This document shows positions 38,741 through 47,392 of a stretch of 64,000 nucleotides of DNA, one piece after another. The translations under genes and the position numbers were made by a program. Under the pieces are notes generated by a model, which was given only the letters and a program-made list of their open reading frames with translations, was not told the DNA's origin and made no database searches. Position 1 is the stretch's first letter. The number at the start of each line of letters is the position of its first letter. The stretch is from NCBI GenBank assembly GCA_964527805.1, contig CAZGNT010000006.1:1540-65539 (forward strand). The letters are read 5' to 3'. This DNA comes from an uncultured Sulfurovum sp. Its GTDB lineage: Bacteria > Campylobacterota > Campylobacteria > Campylobacterales > Sulfurovaceae.

Positions 38741-40913
38741 ATTAACCCTATCTTTGTGTGCATGTTTATTTTTATGCAATTCTTTGCTATATGCGCAAAC
38801 TGTCGAACAGGAGCTAAATAAAGTTGATGTTGAAGCAGAAGCATCAGACGAACCAAGCGTTGGGACAAAAACAGTAACAAACGCTAAAGAGATACAAATC
38901 TTTAGCAGTGCGGAATTAATCAACCCTTACAAAGCCATCTCGCTAGAACCCGGTGTTGATATCCGTTTTAACGATTCCTTTGGTATGGAAATCAGCCATA
39001 AGATTAGAGGCAAATCCGATCGCAACATCGGAGAAATGATGGAAGGATTGCCTCTCAAAGGTATTGGTCCGGGAGGCAGCTTGGCGACAATGGTAGATAT
39101 CGAGAATATCGAATCGATCAGCGTTGAGAAGGGAGCTATCAAAGCCGACAGCGGTTTTGGATATGGAAGCGACAACGGCATGGTGGATATGCACATGAAA
39201 AACCCTGCCGATAGTTTTGAAGCCACGCTAAAACAAGCAATAGGAACTGAAAATTTTTCGAAAACTTATCTTCGAGTAGATAGCGGTGATATCGCAGGAA
39301 AAGCTAAATTATTTGTATCCGGCTCATTGACAAACGCCGATAAATGGAAAGGAGAGGGCGAATCACCTGATAGAAAAAACTTTGCCGCAGGAATAGCAAG
39401 TACAAGCGGCCAACCTATCGAGTGGGAGCTTTATGGAATATACAACGATGAAAAAAAACATTCCTACAAAGGTCTTACTTATGCTCAAAGCAAAGATTTA
39501 AATGCAAATGGCAAGCTGGATTATCAGACAACCGATCCTTCTCTTTCTTCTTATTATGATTACAATAAGGAAAATTTTCAAACCTATACTATTTTAGGGA
39601 AGCTCAAAGTGCCTTTTTCATCTGAATCCTCACTCACGCTTAGACCATATTATTTAAATGACAAGGGCTACAGCTATTCAACAAGCGGCGACAATGTAAT
39701 GGATTGGCTAGTAGACCATGATACATATGGAGTTATCATAGAATACGCCAAAAATATATATGACGGAAAGATGAAATTGGGATATTGGTGTCAAGAAGAC
39801 GAACCTCCTGGGCCTCCAACATCCAGAAAAGTTAGAAAACCAGGAAGCTTAGACTTTGTAAAGTGGGAGCGCATCATAGGTATCAAAGAAAACCATACCT
39901 TTAGCGCACCGTTTATTACCTATGAAAAAGCATTTGGAAACACTGTCGTTGAAGCCGGTTTGAAATATTTGTGGCAAGCTTCGCCTCATTTGATAAGCTA
40001 CAACACGGCAGGTATAGGCGATGTAAGCTACAAAGAGGCTCTGTCGCTGGTTCAGAATATTGATTTCACACTGCCTTCAAATACATATGAAATATTTTTG
40101 CCTAATATCGGTGCTACATATTTTCTAGATGACAATTCTTATATAAAAACAAGTTACGGCAAAAACTATAATGTTCCCAATTACAGCTTTGGGGGAAATA
40201 TGATAAGTTATTTTAACAATCCTATAATCAACAAAAATGAAGCACTTCTCCAAAAAATGTGGGGGGATTTAAAGCCCGAAGAGTCAGATAATTTTGACAT
40301 AAGCTACACATACGAAGAGGAAAATTTCTCTGTAACTTCATCGATTTTTTACTCTTTGGTGCAAAATGTGGGCGGCACGTTTTATGATCCTGTTTTGGCA
40401 ATGTATTATCAGCAAAACACAGCAGAAGCATGCTCTTATGGCTTAGAAATTGGAGCTAGCTATAAAATATCGGACAATTTATCTTTAAATGCCTCCGCAA
40501 CTTACAATCATTATGCATTTACATCGGATATACAATCATCGGCCGGTGCATATATTCAATCCAAAGATAACCAGCTTCCTGATGTTCCTAAATTTTATGC
40601 AAACATCTCTGCTGTATACGATCTGAATGGATACAAAATAGCCCCTATATTGAGATATCTAGGAAAACGTTATGTCGATGTAGAAAACAAATACAGCGTA
40701 GATTCTCATTATCTAATCGATATATCGCTAAACAAAGAGGTAGCTTTGGAGAATAATCACAAAATCAATTTCTCAATCTCGGCTAGTAATCTGTTGGGCG
40801 AAGAGTACATATCGACAGTTTCTACATCTGAAACCAATGTGGCCGAAGTAGGCCCTACGTATATAGTTGGCTCCCCGAGAGCTATCTTTGCATCGGCACA
40901 ATATAGGTTTTAG
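38730..40913 (+). CDS. TonB-dependent receptor (TBDR-2, paralogue of TBDR-1)
   Basis: 727 aa; signal peptide 'LLYA/QT', plug 'HKIRGKS...MMEGLPLKG', 'GYWCQEDEPPGPPT', C-terminal 'SAQYRF'. Confidence 0.85.
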   Translation: MNARLTLSLCACLFLCNSLLYAQTVEQELNKVDVEAEASDEPSVGTKTVTNAKEIQIFSSAELINPYKAISLEPGVDIRFNDSFGMEISHKIRGKSDRNIGEMMEGLPLKGIGPGGSLATMVDIENIESISVEKGAIKADSGFGYGSDNGMVDMHMKNPADSFEATLKQAIGTENFSKTYLRVDSGDIAGKAKLFVSGSLTNADKWKGEGESPDRKNFAAGIASTSGQPIEWELYGIYNDEKKHSYKGLTYAQSKDLNANGKLDYQTTDPSLSSYYDYNKENFQTYTILGKLKVPFSSESSLTLRPYYLNDKGYSYSTSGDNVMDWLVDHDTYGVIIEYAKNIYDGKMKLGYWCQEDEPPGPPTSRKVRKPGSLDFVKWERIIGIKENHTFSAPFITYEKAFGNTVVEAGLKYLWQASPHLISYNTAGIGDVSYKEALSLVQNIDFTLPSNTYEIFLPNIGATYFLDDNSYIKTSYGKNYNVPNYSFGGNMISYFNNPIINKNEALLQKMWGDLKPEESDNFDISYTYEEENFSVTSSIFYSLVQNVGGTFYDPVLAMYYQQNTAEACSYGLEIGASYKISDNLSLNASATYNHYAFTSDIQSSAGAYIQSKDNQLPDVPKFYANISAVYDLNGYKIAPILRYLGKRYVDVENKYSVDSHYLIDISLNKEVALENNHKINFSISASNLLGEEYISTVSTSETNVAEVGPTYIVGSPRAIFASAQYRF

Positions 40914-40914
40914 A

Positions 40915-41949
40915 ATGTATAGGCTCACAACTAACTTCATGATCTGTGTTTCTCTGCTCTGCGGCATTGCCCTGGCAGACAATAAACAAACATGTGCAAA
41001 TAAAGTGCCGGATTTTGCCAAAAATGAAGTTTGCATTCCGCAAAAGATAGATAAGATCATTATCACTTGTTATGGCGGCGCATCACAAGAGATAGCGCTT
41101 TTTATGGGTGCTGGCAAAATCGTTGCACAACCCGATGTTAAAAAATTTCAGCAATTTCTAAAAATCTATCCGACACTGAAAAACATTCCAAACGCAGGGA
41201 CTTTTAACGATGTAAATCTGGAGTATTTATTAAAATTGAATCCCGACATCGTTTTTGCAGGAGTCACTTCGATTCCTTCCAACGAACGGATAAAAGAGAT
41301 GAATATTCCGGTATTTACCCTTGGCATCGGCAAACACAACATTTCTTCTCTTATGGAAGAGTTTTTACACGTCGGAAAAATTCTTCATAAGGAGCAAAAG
41401 GCCAAAGAACTGATCAGATATTGGCATTCCAAAATGGACATGATCCGCCTTCGGATTCCTAAGGTCAAATCATCAAAACCACAAAAAGTATTTTACACTA
41501 ATAGTCCATCATCGGGACTAAACAGCGAACACAAACAATGGTGGGGCGATGAGTTTATCCGCGCTGCCGGAGGGGTAAATGTCGCCTCGGATATTGTTAT
41601 ACAAGGACCGATTTCTGCTGAAACACTGTCAATATGGAACCCAGATATCATTATCACATCGACCAATAATAAATCCAATGCTTCGGCCGGTGGATTTATG
41701 AAAAATACCGCCTTTAAAAATCTTAAAGCAGTCAGAAACAGAGTAGTTTATCAAGCGCCTATAGGAACTTTTTGGTGGGATCGCCCATCGCCTGAATCTA
41801 TTTTAGGAATTATATGGCTAAGTAAAATTTTATATCCTGAAGCAATGCATGATATCGACTTAAAACAAGAAACAAAAGTATTTTACAAAAAGTTTTACAA
41901 CTACACTCTTTCCGACAAAGAATATGTAGAATTTTTTGTCCCCCAATAA
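40915..41949 (+). CDS. FecB/class-8 periplasmic substrate-binding protein (PBP-3, distinct subfamily)
   Basis: About 344 aa from ATG 40915 (MYRLTTNF..., signal peptide 'GIALA/DN'); 'PDIVFAGV', 'YQAPIGTFWWDRPSPESILGIIWLSK'. The track start at 40867 is TTG inside TBDR-2. Confidence 0.75.
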   Translation: MYRLTTNFMICVSLLCGIALADNKQTCANKVPDFAKNEVCIPQKIDKIIITCYGGASQEIALFMGAGKIVAQPDVKKFQQFLKIYPTLKNIPNAGTFNDVNLEYLLKLNPDIVFAGVTSIPSNERIKEMNIPVFTLGIGKHNISSLMEEFLHVGKILHKEQKAKELIRYWHSKMDMIRLRIPKVKSSKPQKVFYTNSPSSGLNSEHKQWWGDEFIRAAGGVNVASDIVIQGPISAETLSIWNPDIIITSTNNKSNASAGGFMKNTAFKNLKAVRNRVVYQAPIGTFWWDRPSPESILGIIWLSKILYPEAMHDIDLKQETKVFYKKFYNYTLSDKEYVEFFVPQ

Positions 41950-41967
41950 AAATAATAAGGAAAAACC

Positions 41968-42585
41968 ATGAAAGGCGCAACAGGCCCTAAAAATTTTGAC
42001 CGGATAGTGCGTGAAGTATTCGCACCAATCTATCCGGTCATAGCAAAACAGATCAAAGAACGCACCAAGATCACTAGCGGCAAATGCCTGGATGCCGGAT
42101 GCGGCACGGGAGCGCTCGGAAGAGCCATAACCAAGATCACTGATCTTAACATCACATTTTTTGACCAATCAGATGAAATGCTTTCTCTTGCAAAAGGATA
42201 TACGAATGATGAGAATATCGGCAACAGAAGTACTTTTTTGCAAGGAGATATTCACTCTATTCCGCTAAATGATGAGAGCATGGATATAGTAATTAGCCGG
42301 GGTTCATCTCCATTTTGGGAAGATTGGCACAAAGCATATAGAGAAATACTCCGAATTCTCAAGCCGGGAGGCATGGCATACATCGGTGGAGGATTTGGCA
42401 ACGCTGAGCTTAGAGAAGAGATCACAAGGACAATGACCAAAAATAACCCAGACTGGCGCAATTCTTTTAAAGATAAAGTCGTCGCTGAGCGTGAAGCCCT
42501 TCTGGATATTCTAAGATCGCTCAATCCTAGCCACTTTGAAATAATCAATGATGACAGCGGCTTTTGGGCTGTCATTACTAAATAA
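41968..42585 (+). CDS. class I SAM-dependent methyltransferase (MT-1)
   Basis: 205 aa; motif I 'CLDAGCGTGALG', motif II 'MDIVISRG', 'LKPGGMAYIG'. Confidence 0.8.
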   Translation: MKGATGPKNFDRIVREVFAPIYPVIAKQIKERTKITSGKCLDAGCGTGALGRAITKITDLNITFFDQSDEMLSLAKGYTNDENIGNRSTFLQGDIHSIPLNDESMDIVISRGSSPFWEDWHKAYREILRILKPGGMAYIGGGFGNAELREEITRTMTKNNPDWRNSFKDKVVAEREALLDILRSLNPSHFEIINDDSGFWAVITK

Positions 42586-42594
42586 GGAAAATTT

Positions 42595-43602
42595 ATGAAA
42601 ATAGGACTTTTTTGTCTTGCTGAACATTTCGAAGGAAAAGTACATGAAAGCATAATGGATCAGTTGAGACTTGTAGAGCTTGCTGACAAACTCGGTTTTG
42701 ATGAAGCGTGGTTTGGCGAACACCATTTTAACGGCTTTAGCGTTATCCCCGATCCATCTATTATGATGGCTTATGCTTCTGTCAAAACAGAATCTATTCG
42801 TTTGGGAACAGCCGGTTTTTTGGCTCCATTTTATCATCCGGTACGATTAGCCGAGAGCATATCGGTACTTGACAATCTCTCAAAGGGCCGAATAAATGCA
42901 GGATTTGCAAAAGGAGGATTTGCTCCTGATAATAAACATTTTAACCGCGATCCTGATAGCCTGCGCAATGCAATGTTTGAGATAGTCGAGGCTGTAGATA
43001 AGCTTTTACATCTACAAAATACTTCTTTTAAAGGAACATATGCGTCTTTTAAAAAAGTAAAATTGCATCCAAAACCATTACAAGAACGAATACCTTTTTT
43101 TGTAGCTACATTCTCGAGCCCCGATACGATCCATTTTGCCGCACGCCTCGGTTATGGTTTGCTTATGTCGCAAGGAGCTACTATAGAGGAGTGCAAAGAA
43201 GCGCAAGAGTTATATCGATCCATTGCCGGATTTGATCCAAAGATCGTACTCATGCGGGTATTTTGTATCGCAGATAGCCATGAAGATGCTTACCGCATCG
43301 CGCGGCCCTCAATTGACCATTTTGTCAAATCAATGCGCGCTGCCTCTTCTGAAGTTCCGCCTCCAAAGTGGAACAGGGAAAAATATGATGCGATAATTAG
43401 TGAGCGTGAAACATTTTTCGATGGACAAAAATTTTTTGACAATGCTATATTGGGAGCACCCCCTGAGTGCATCCAAACTATTAAAACCATAAAGAAGGAA
43501 CTGCCAAATGTACACCTTGCATTAAAGCCGTCATCAAATGATTTTAATCAAAATTACGACATGCTGATAGAATTTAACGCAAGAATTCGACCATATATCT
43601 AA
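42595..43602 (+). CDS. LLM-class (luciferase-like) flavin-dependent oxidoreductase
   Basis: 335 aa; 'FDEAWFGEHHFNGFSV.PDP', 'LDNLSKGRINAGFAKG', TIM-barrel LLM pattern. Confidence 0.78.
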   Translation: MKIGLFCLAEHFEGKVHESIMDQLRLVELADKLGFDEAWFGEHHFNGFSVIPDPSIMMAYASVKTESIRLGTAGFLAPFYHPVRLAESISVLDNLSKGRINAGFAKGGFAPDNKHFNRDPDSLRNAMFEIVEAVDKLLHLQNTSFKGTYASFKKVKLHPKPLQERIPFFVATFSSPDTIHFAARLGYGLLMSQGATIEECKEAQELYRSIAGFDPKIVLMRVFCIADSHEDAYRIARPSIDHFVKSMRAASSEVPPPKWNREKYDAIISERETFFDGQKFFDNAILGAPPECIQTIKTIKKELPNVHLALKPSSNDFNQNYDMLIEFNARIRPYI

Positions 43603-43617
43603 AAACAAGGAAAAACA

Positions 43618-45579
43618 ATGAACAAACACTTACTTATCCTCTCGTTTGCTGCTTGTGCAGCGCTTGCCGATACTTTTACGCTCGGACAGATCAGCGTTCT
43701 TGATACTGCTCTTGAAGAGAGCCCTTTTGAGCAAACTATAACTTCAAAAGAGATCGAACAACACGATTCGGAAACCATTTCGGACGCCATTGATAATATG
43801 AGCGGAATTAACCAGGATCTTCAAGGAGGCCGCGGAGAATCTACCCTATCTATAAGAGGATTTGATGCCAGGCGTATAGGGGTATTTATAGACGGAATAC
43901 CAGTCTATGTCCCATATGACGGCAATTTCGATTATGACCGTTTCCTGACTAGCGATATCGCTCAGATCGATGTAGCCAAGGGGTTCTCGTCGGTTGCATA
44001 TGGAGCCAATACGATGGGAGGGGTTATCAACATCATCTCCAAAAAACCGACAAAAGCATTGGAGGGGAATATTAAAGCAGGGATTATAAGCGATAGTGAC
44101 GGTTCTATGTCCAGACATGTCGAATCTATCAATCTAGGGACTAGACAAGACCATTTCTACGCACAATTAAGCGGGGTGTACAGTGATCGGGATCATTTTC
44201 GCCTAAGCGATGATTATAGCGCCACCCCTTCACAGCCTGAAGGTGACCGTTTGCGTTCTAAAGCAGAGGATTACAAGATAAGCTTTAAAACCGGCTATAT
44301 AGCAAATGACGGCAGCGAGATCGCCGTGGGATATGCAAAACAAAATGGTGAAAAACAGCAACCGCCAGTAACCGATAATGCTTTTAGCAAGCCAAAATAT
44401 TGGGATTGGCCGTACTGGAATAAAGAGACCGCCTATATCACAGGCCAAAAAAATCTAGACTTGGGATACCTCAAAGCAGTTGCCTATTACGATACATCCA
44501 AAAACTCTCTATATGCATATGATGATGCGTCGTATTCCACAATGAACTTCAAATCATCATTTAAAAGCAAATACGATGATTATAGTGCAGGGACACGTCT
44601 CGAATACGGGGTCGAACTAGACAAGCATTTTATCACCGCTGCAGCAAACTATAAAAAAGATTCCCACAAAGGGTATGATATCGACAAAACTACAGACATT
44701 GCAACCCTCACAGAGCATTTTGTTGACGATACGGTATCGCTTGGCATAGAAGATGTATATACCATTTCTCCAAACTGGCAGCTATTAGGAGGGATCAGTT
44801 ATGACCGCAAAGAATCCGACAAAGCGTACGACAAAAATTCCGGGAAATTTCCTTTGGCCCTAGGAGAACAAGATGCTCTCAATCCTCAAGCGGCACTTAT
44901 CTATTCTATTGACAATACCAGCAAAATGCGTGCAAGTATCTCTCGCAAAACATATCTTCCGAGCATGAAAGACCGCTATAGCAGAAAGCTTGGCACAGCA
45001 CTTCCAAATCCAGATCTTGACGCTGAGACAGCTACACACTATGAACTCAGCTATCAAAAAAATATGGGGGCTTTTAGCGGACATATCAACGGATTTTTTG
45101 ACCGGCTAGATGACACGATCCAAGCTGTGATCGTGACGCCTGACGAGACACAGAACCAAAATATAGGAAGCTTTGACCACAGAGGCATCGAAGCAGAGCT
45201 GAGTTACAAAGCCGACTGGCTGGAGATCGGAGGAAATTACACATATATTTCTGTGAAAAATCGTACCGATAATGATATCAAAAGGATAGACATTCCCAAG
45301 CATCAAATTTTTGCTTTCGCTCAATATGAGCTAGGTGATGGGATTTCTATATATGGGAATATGAAATTTCGCAAAGGAGCATATGAACAAAAAGCCGATA
45401 AATCATACGTGATCAATCCGGCTTTTACGACATTTGACATCAAAGTTATCTATCGACCGACCGAAGCTATCACTGCAGAGATCGGAGTAAAAAACCTTAC
45501 TAATGAACTCTATGCTTATGACCTTGGGTTTCCGACGGCGGGACGTGAGTTTTTCATCAACCTAGGATATAATTTCTAA
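43618..45579 (+). CDS. TonB-dependent receptor (TBDR-3, BtuB/CirA-sized)
   Basis: 653 aa; signal peptide 'AALA/DT', TonB box-like 'TLGQISVLD', plug 'LSIRGFDARRIGVFIDGIPVY', 'GANTMGGVINIISKKP', C-terminal 'FINLGYNF'. Confidence 0.85.
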   Translation: MNKHLLILSFAACAALADTFTLGQISVLDTALEESPFEQTITSKEIEQHDSETISDAIDNMSGINQDLQGGRGESTLSIRGFDARRIGVFIDGIPVYVPYDGNFDYDRFLTSDIAQIDVAKGFSSVAYGANTMGGVINIISKKPTKALEGNIKAGIISDSDGSMSRHVESINLGTRQDHFYAQLSGVYSDRDHFRLSDDYSATPSQPEGDRLRSKAEDYKISFKTGYIANDGSEIAVGYAKQNGEKQQPPVTDNAFSKPKYWDWPYWNKETAYITGQKNLDLGYLKAVAYYDTSKNSLYAYDDASYSTMNFKSSFKSKYDDYSAGTRLEYGVELDKHFITAAANYKKDSHKGYDIDKTTDIATLTEHFVDDTVSLGIEDVYTISPNWQLLGGISYDRKESDKAYDKNSGKFPLALGEQDALNPQAALIYSIDNTSKMRASISRKTYLPSMKDRYSRKLGTALPNPDLDAETATHYELSYQKNMGAFSGHINGFFDRLDDTIQAVIVTPDETQNQNIGSFDHRGIEAELSYKADWLEIGGNYTYISVKNRTDNDIKRIDIPKHQIFAFAQYELGDGISIYGNMKFRKGAYEQKADKSYVINPAFTTFDIKVIYRPTEAITAEIGVKNLTNELYAYDLGFPTAGREFFINLGYNF

Positions 45580-46382
45580 TGCGTACAATTATATTTATTT
45601 TATTATTTTGTTTTTCGTCGGTTCAACTATATGCCAAACAAGAACCTGCTTTACGTGTTGCTGTTATAGGTGGCATGACTATGAGCGGCATGTGGCAAGA
45701 GGTTTCAAAAGCATTTGAAGAAGCTTATCATATTCCCGTTGAAGTAGTAGTTTCAGGCCCAAAACACGAACTTGACAAATACAGCAGGACTCACAAAGTT
45801 GATCTGGTCACAATGCACTCAAGCGATACCATGGTAGACTTGGCAGCCGACGGGATGGTCGAGAACCTAACGCCATGGGCTCGAAATTCACAGATGCTAG
45901 TAGGCCACATGTCAAATCTTGCGCACATAGATGAAAACGACTCCCTGGAAGAAGCCATGCAAAAAATCAGTCAAACAAACTCTCCCATTCTTATACATGC
46001 CAGTGGAGGGACATTTGAGGTTTTTAATGATGTAGCCTCTTCTTATAAATTATCACCCGGCCAGATCCATTTGATTACCGCCAAGCATGGTTTTTTAGAT
46101 GATGTTGCCAAACTTAAAGGATATACATTTTTTGGCGTTATACCATTTTTGATGCAAAAACAGCATCATCCTGATATGCACGGTTTTATATTTGATGATA
46201 CCAAGCTTCGCAGGCCATATCTTGCAGCGATAGGGACCAAAGAAAACATAGGTGCGCTCCAACACCAAAATGCACAAAAACTGCTTTTATTCCTCACGTC
46301 CAAGAGAGTGCAAAACCTTATTAAAAATTTTAGGCTCAACGGATTTGACAAAACCCCTGTATTTTTTCCGGTAAAACCCTAG
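45579..46382 (+). CDS. periplasmic PBP2-fold substrate-binding-domain protein, TupA/tungstate-binding-like but divergent
   Basis: 267 aa; signal peptide 'VQLYA/KQ'; 'LRVAVIGGMTMSGMW..V...FE...HIPVEVVVSGPK' is laid out like TupA 'ATTTSTxxSGL...F......V.V.AVGTG', but the TTTS anion-binding motif is not conserved. 1-nt TAATG overlap with TBDR-3. Confidence 0.5.
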   Translation: MRTIIFILLFCFSSVQLYAKQEPALRVAVIGGMTMSGMWQEVSKAFEEAYHIPVEVVVSGPKHELDKYSRTHKVDLVTMHSSDTMVDLAADGMVENLTPWARNSQMLVGHMSNLAHIDENDSLEEAMQKISQTNSPILIHASGGTFEVFNDVASSYKLSPGQIHLITAKHGFLDDVAKLKGYTFFGVIPFLMQKQHHPDMHGFIFDDTKLRRPYLAAIGTKENIGALQHQNAQKLLLFLTSKRVQNLIKNFRLNGFDKTPVFFPVKP

Positions 46383-46388
46383 GAGGAT

Positions 46389-47189
46389 ATGATGATATTT
46401 TTAAAACAGATCGATTTTGCTAGAATGTACCGTGAACATAAAAGCGCTACCGACTTCAAGGGCAAAAGCAGCAACGACTGGGATGATAAATCCAAAGAGA
46501 TGGCAGCGTCTGTCATCAATAGCCCATACGTGAACGACTTTATCTCGCGTATGGATATTTCTGGAGACGAAGTGGTATTGGATATCGGTTGCGGGCCTGG
46601 GACGCTTGCGATCCCTCTTGCCAAAAAAGTCAAAGAGGTGATAGCTATAGACTTCTCAAAGCAAATGTTAGCCGAACTCGAAGCTTATGCCGCGCGCGAG
46701 GGAGTGACAAATATCCGTACCTATCACCTAAGCTGGGAAGACGACTGGAGTATTTTACCGTCTGTTGATATCGCAGTGGCGTCTCGCAGTACGGAGGTCA
46801 AAGATATTGATACCGCACTTGCTAAAATGTCGCATCAAGCAACAAAGGCATGTTATCTGACCTACAAAGTAGGCGGCAGTTTTGTCGACATGGATATCCT
46901 TGAGTATATCGGCAAAAAAATAGTTACTAAACCTGATTTTTGGTATATCCCTGTTTTGTTATACCAACACGGCTATCTGCCTCGTATCGACTATATAGAA
47001 ACCAAACGAGGGAGTATACGCGCAGGCAATGCTGATGAATTTGTACAATCACTTATCTGGAGTGTGCATGATCTTGACACAGAGCAGCAGCGCAAAGCCC
47101 GTGAATATTATTATAAATTTATCGCCGCACAAGATCGTCAGCCTAAACCGTTCGTTTGGGCATTCATATCTTGGAGTAGTAGAGTTTAA
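46389..47189 (+). CDS. class I SAM-dependent methyltransferase with C-terminal extension (MT-2)
   Basis: 266 aa; motif I 'VLDIGCGPGTLA', 'VIAIDFS'; AGGAGG RBS. Confidence 0.78.
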   Translation: MMIFLKQIDFARMYREHKSATDFKGKSSNDWDDKSKEMAASVINSPYVNDFISRMDISGDEVVLDIGCGPGTLAIPLAKKVKEVIAIDFSKQMLAELEAYAAREGVTNIRTYHLSWEDDWSILPSVDIAVASRSTEVKDIDTALAKMSHQATKACYLTYKVGGSFVDMDILEYIGKKIVTKPDFWYIPVLLYQHGYLPRIDYIETKRGSIRAGNADEFVQSLIWSVHDLDTEQQRKAREYYYKFIAAQDRQPKPFVWAFISWSSRV

Positions 47190-47235
47190 AGATTTTATTT
47201 TTACATCACAAATATAGATTATTATATTTTATAAA

Positions 47236-47264
47236 ATACAATGATATTTATTTTATCATTGTAT
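47236..47264 (+). terminator. AT-rich stem-loop after MT-2 (candidate terminator)
   Basis: Perfect 11-bp inverted repeat ATACAATGATA / TATCATTGTAT with a 7-nt loop, 47 nt after the MT-2 stop; a T-tract (tagttttttta) lies about 15 nt downstream. Confidence 0.45.
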
Positions 47265-47294
47265 ATTGTTCAAAAAAATAGTTTTTTTATGATT

Positions 47295-47318
47295 CGATAT
47301 ATATTTAAAGATATATCG
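47295..47318. promoter_or_regulatory. Mo-box-like 24-bp palindrome 3 (putative ModE-type operator)
   Basis: CGATATATA-TTTAAA-GATATATCG (1 mismatch to CGnTATATA-N6-TATATAnCG). Part of the perfect 11-bp-arm inverted repeat ATTCGATATAT-N8-ATATATCGAAT (47292-47321). Lies 75 nt upstream of ATG 47393. Confidence 0.6.
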
Positions 47319-47392
47319 AATAGATTCCTAGTACAATATTATAAAGTCATACTATACTCATTTATATATCAAAAAACCGCAAAGGATCGTTA

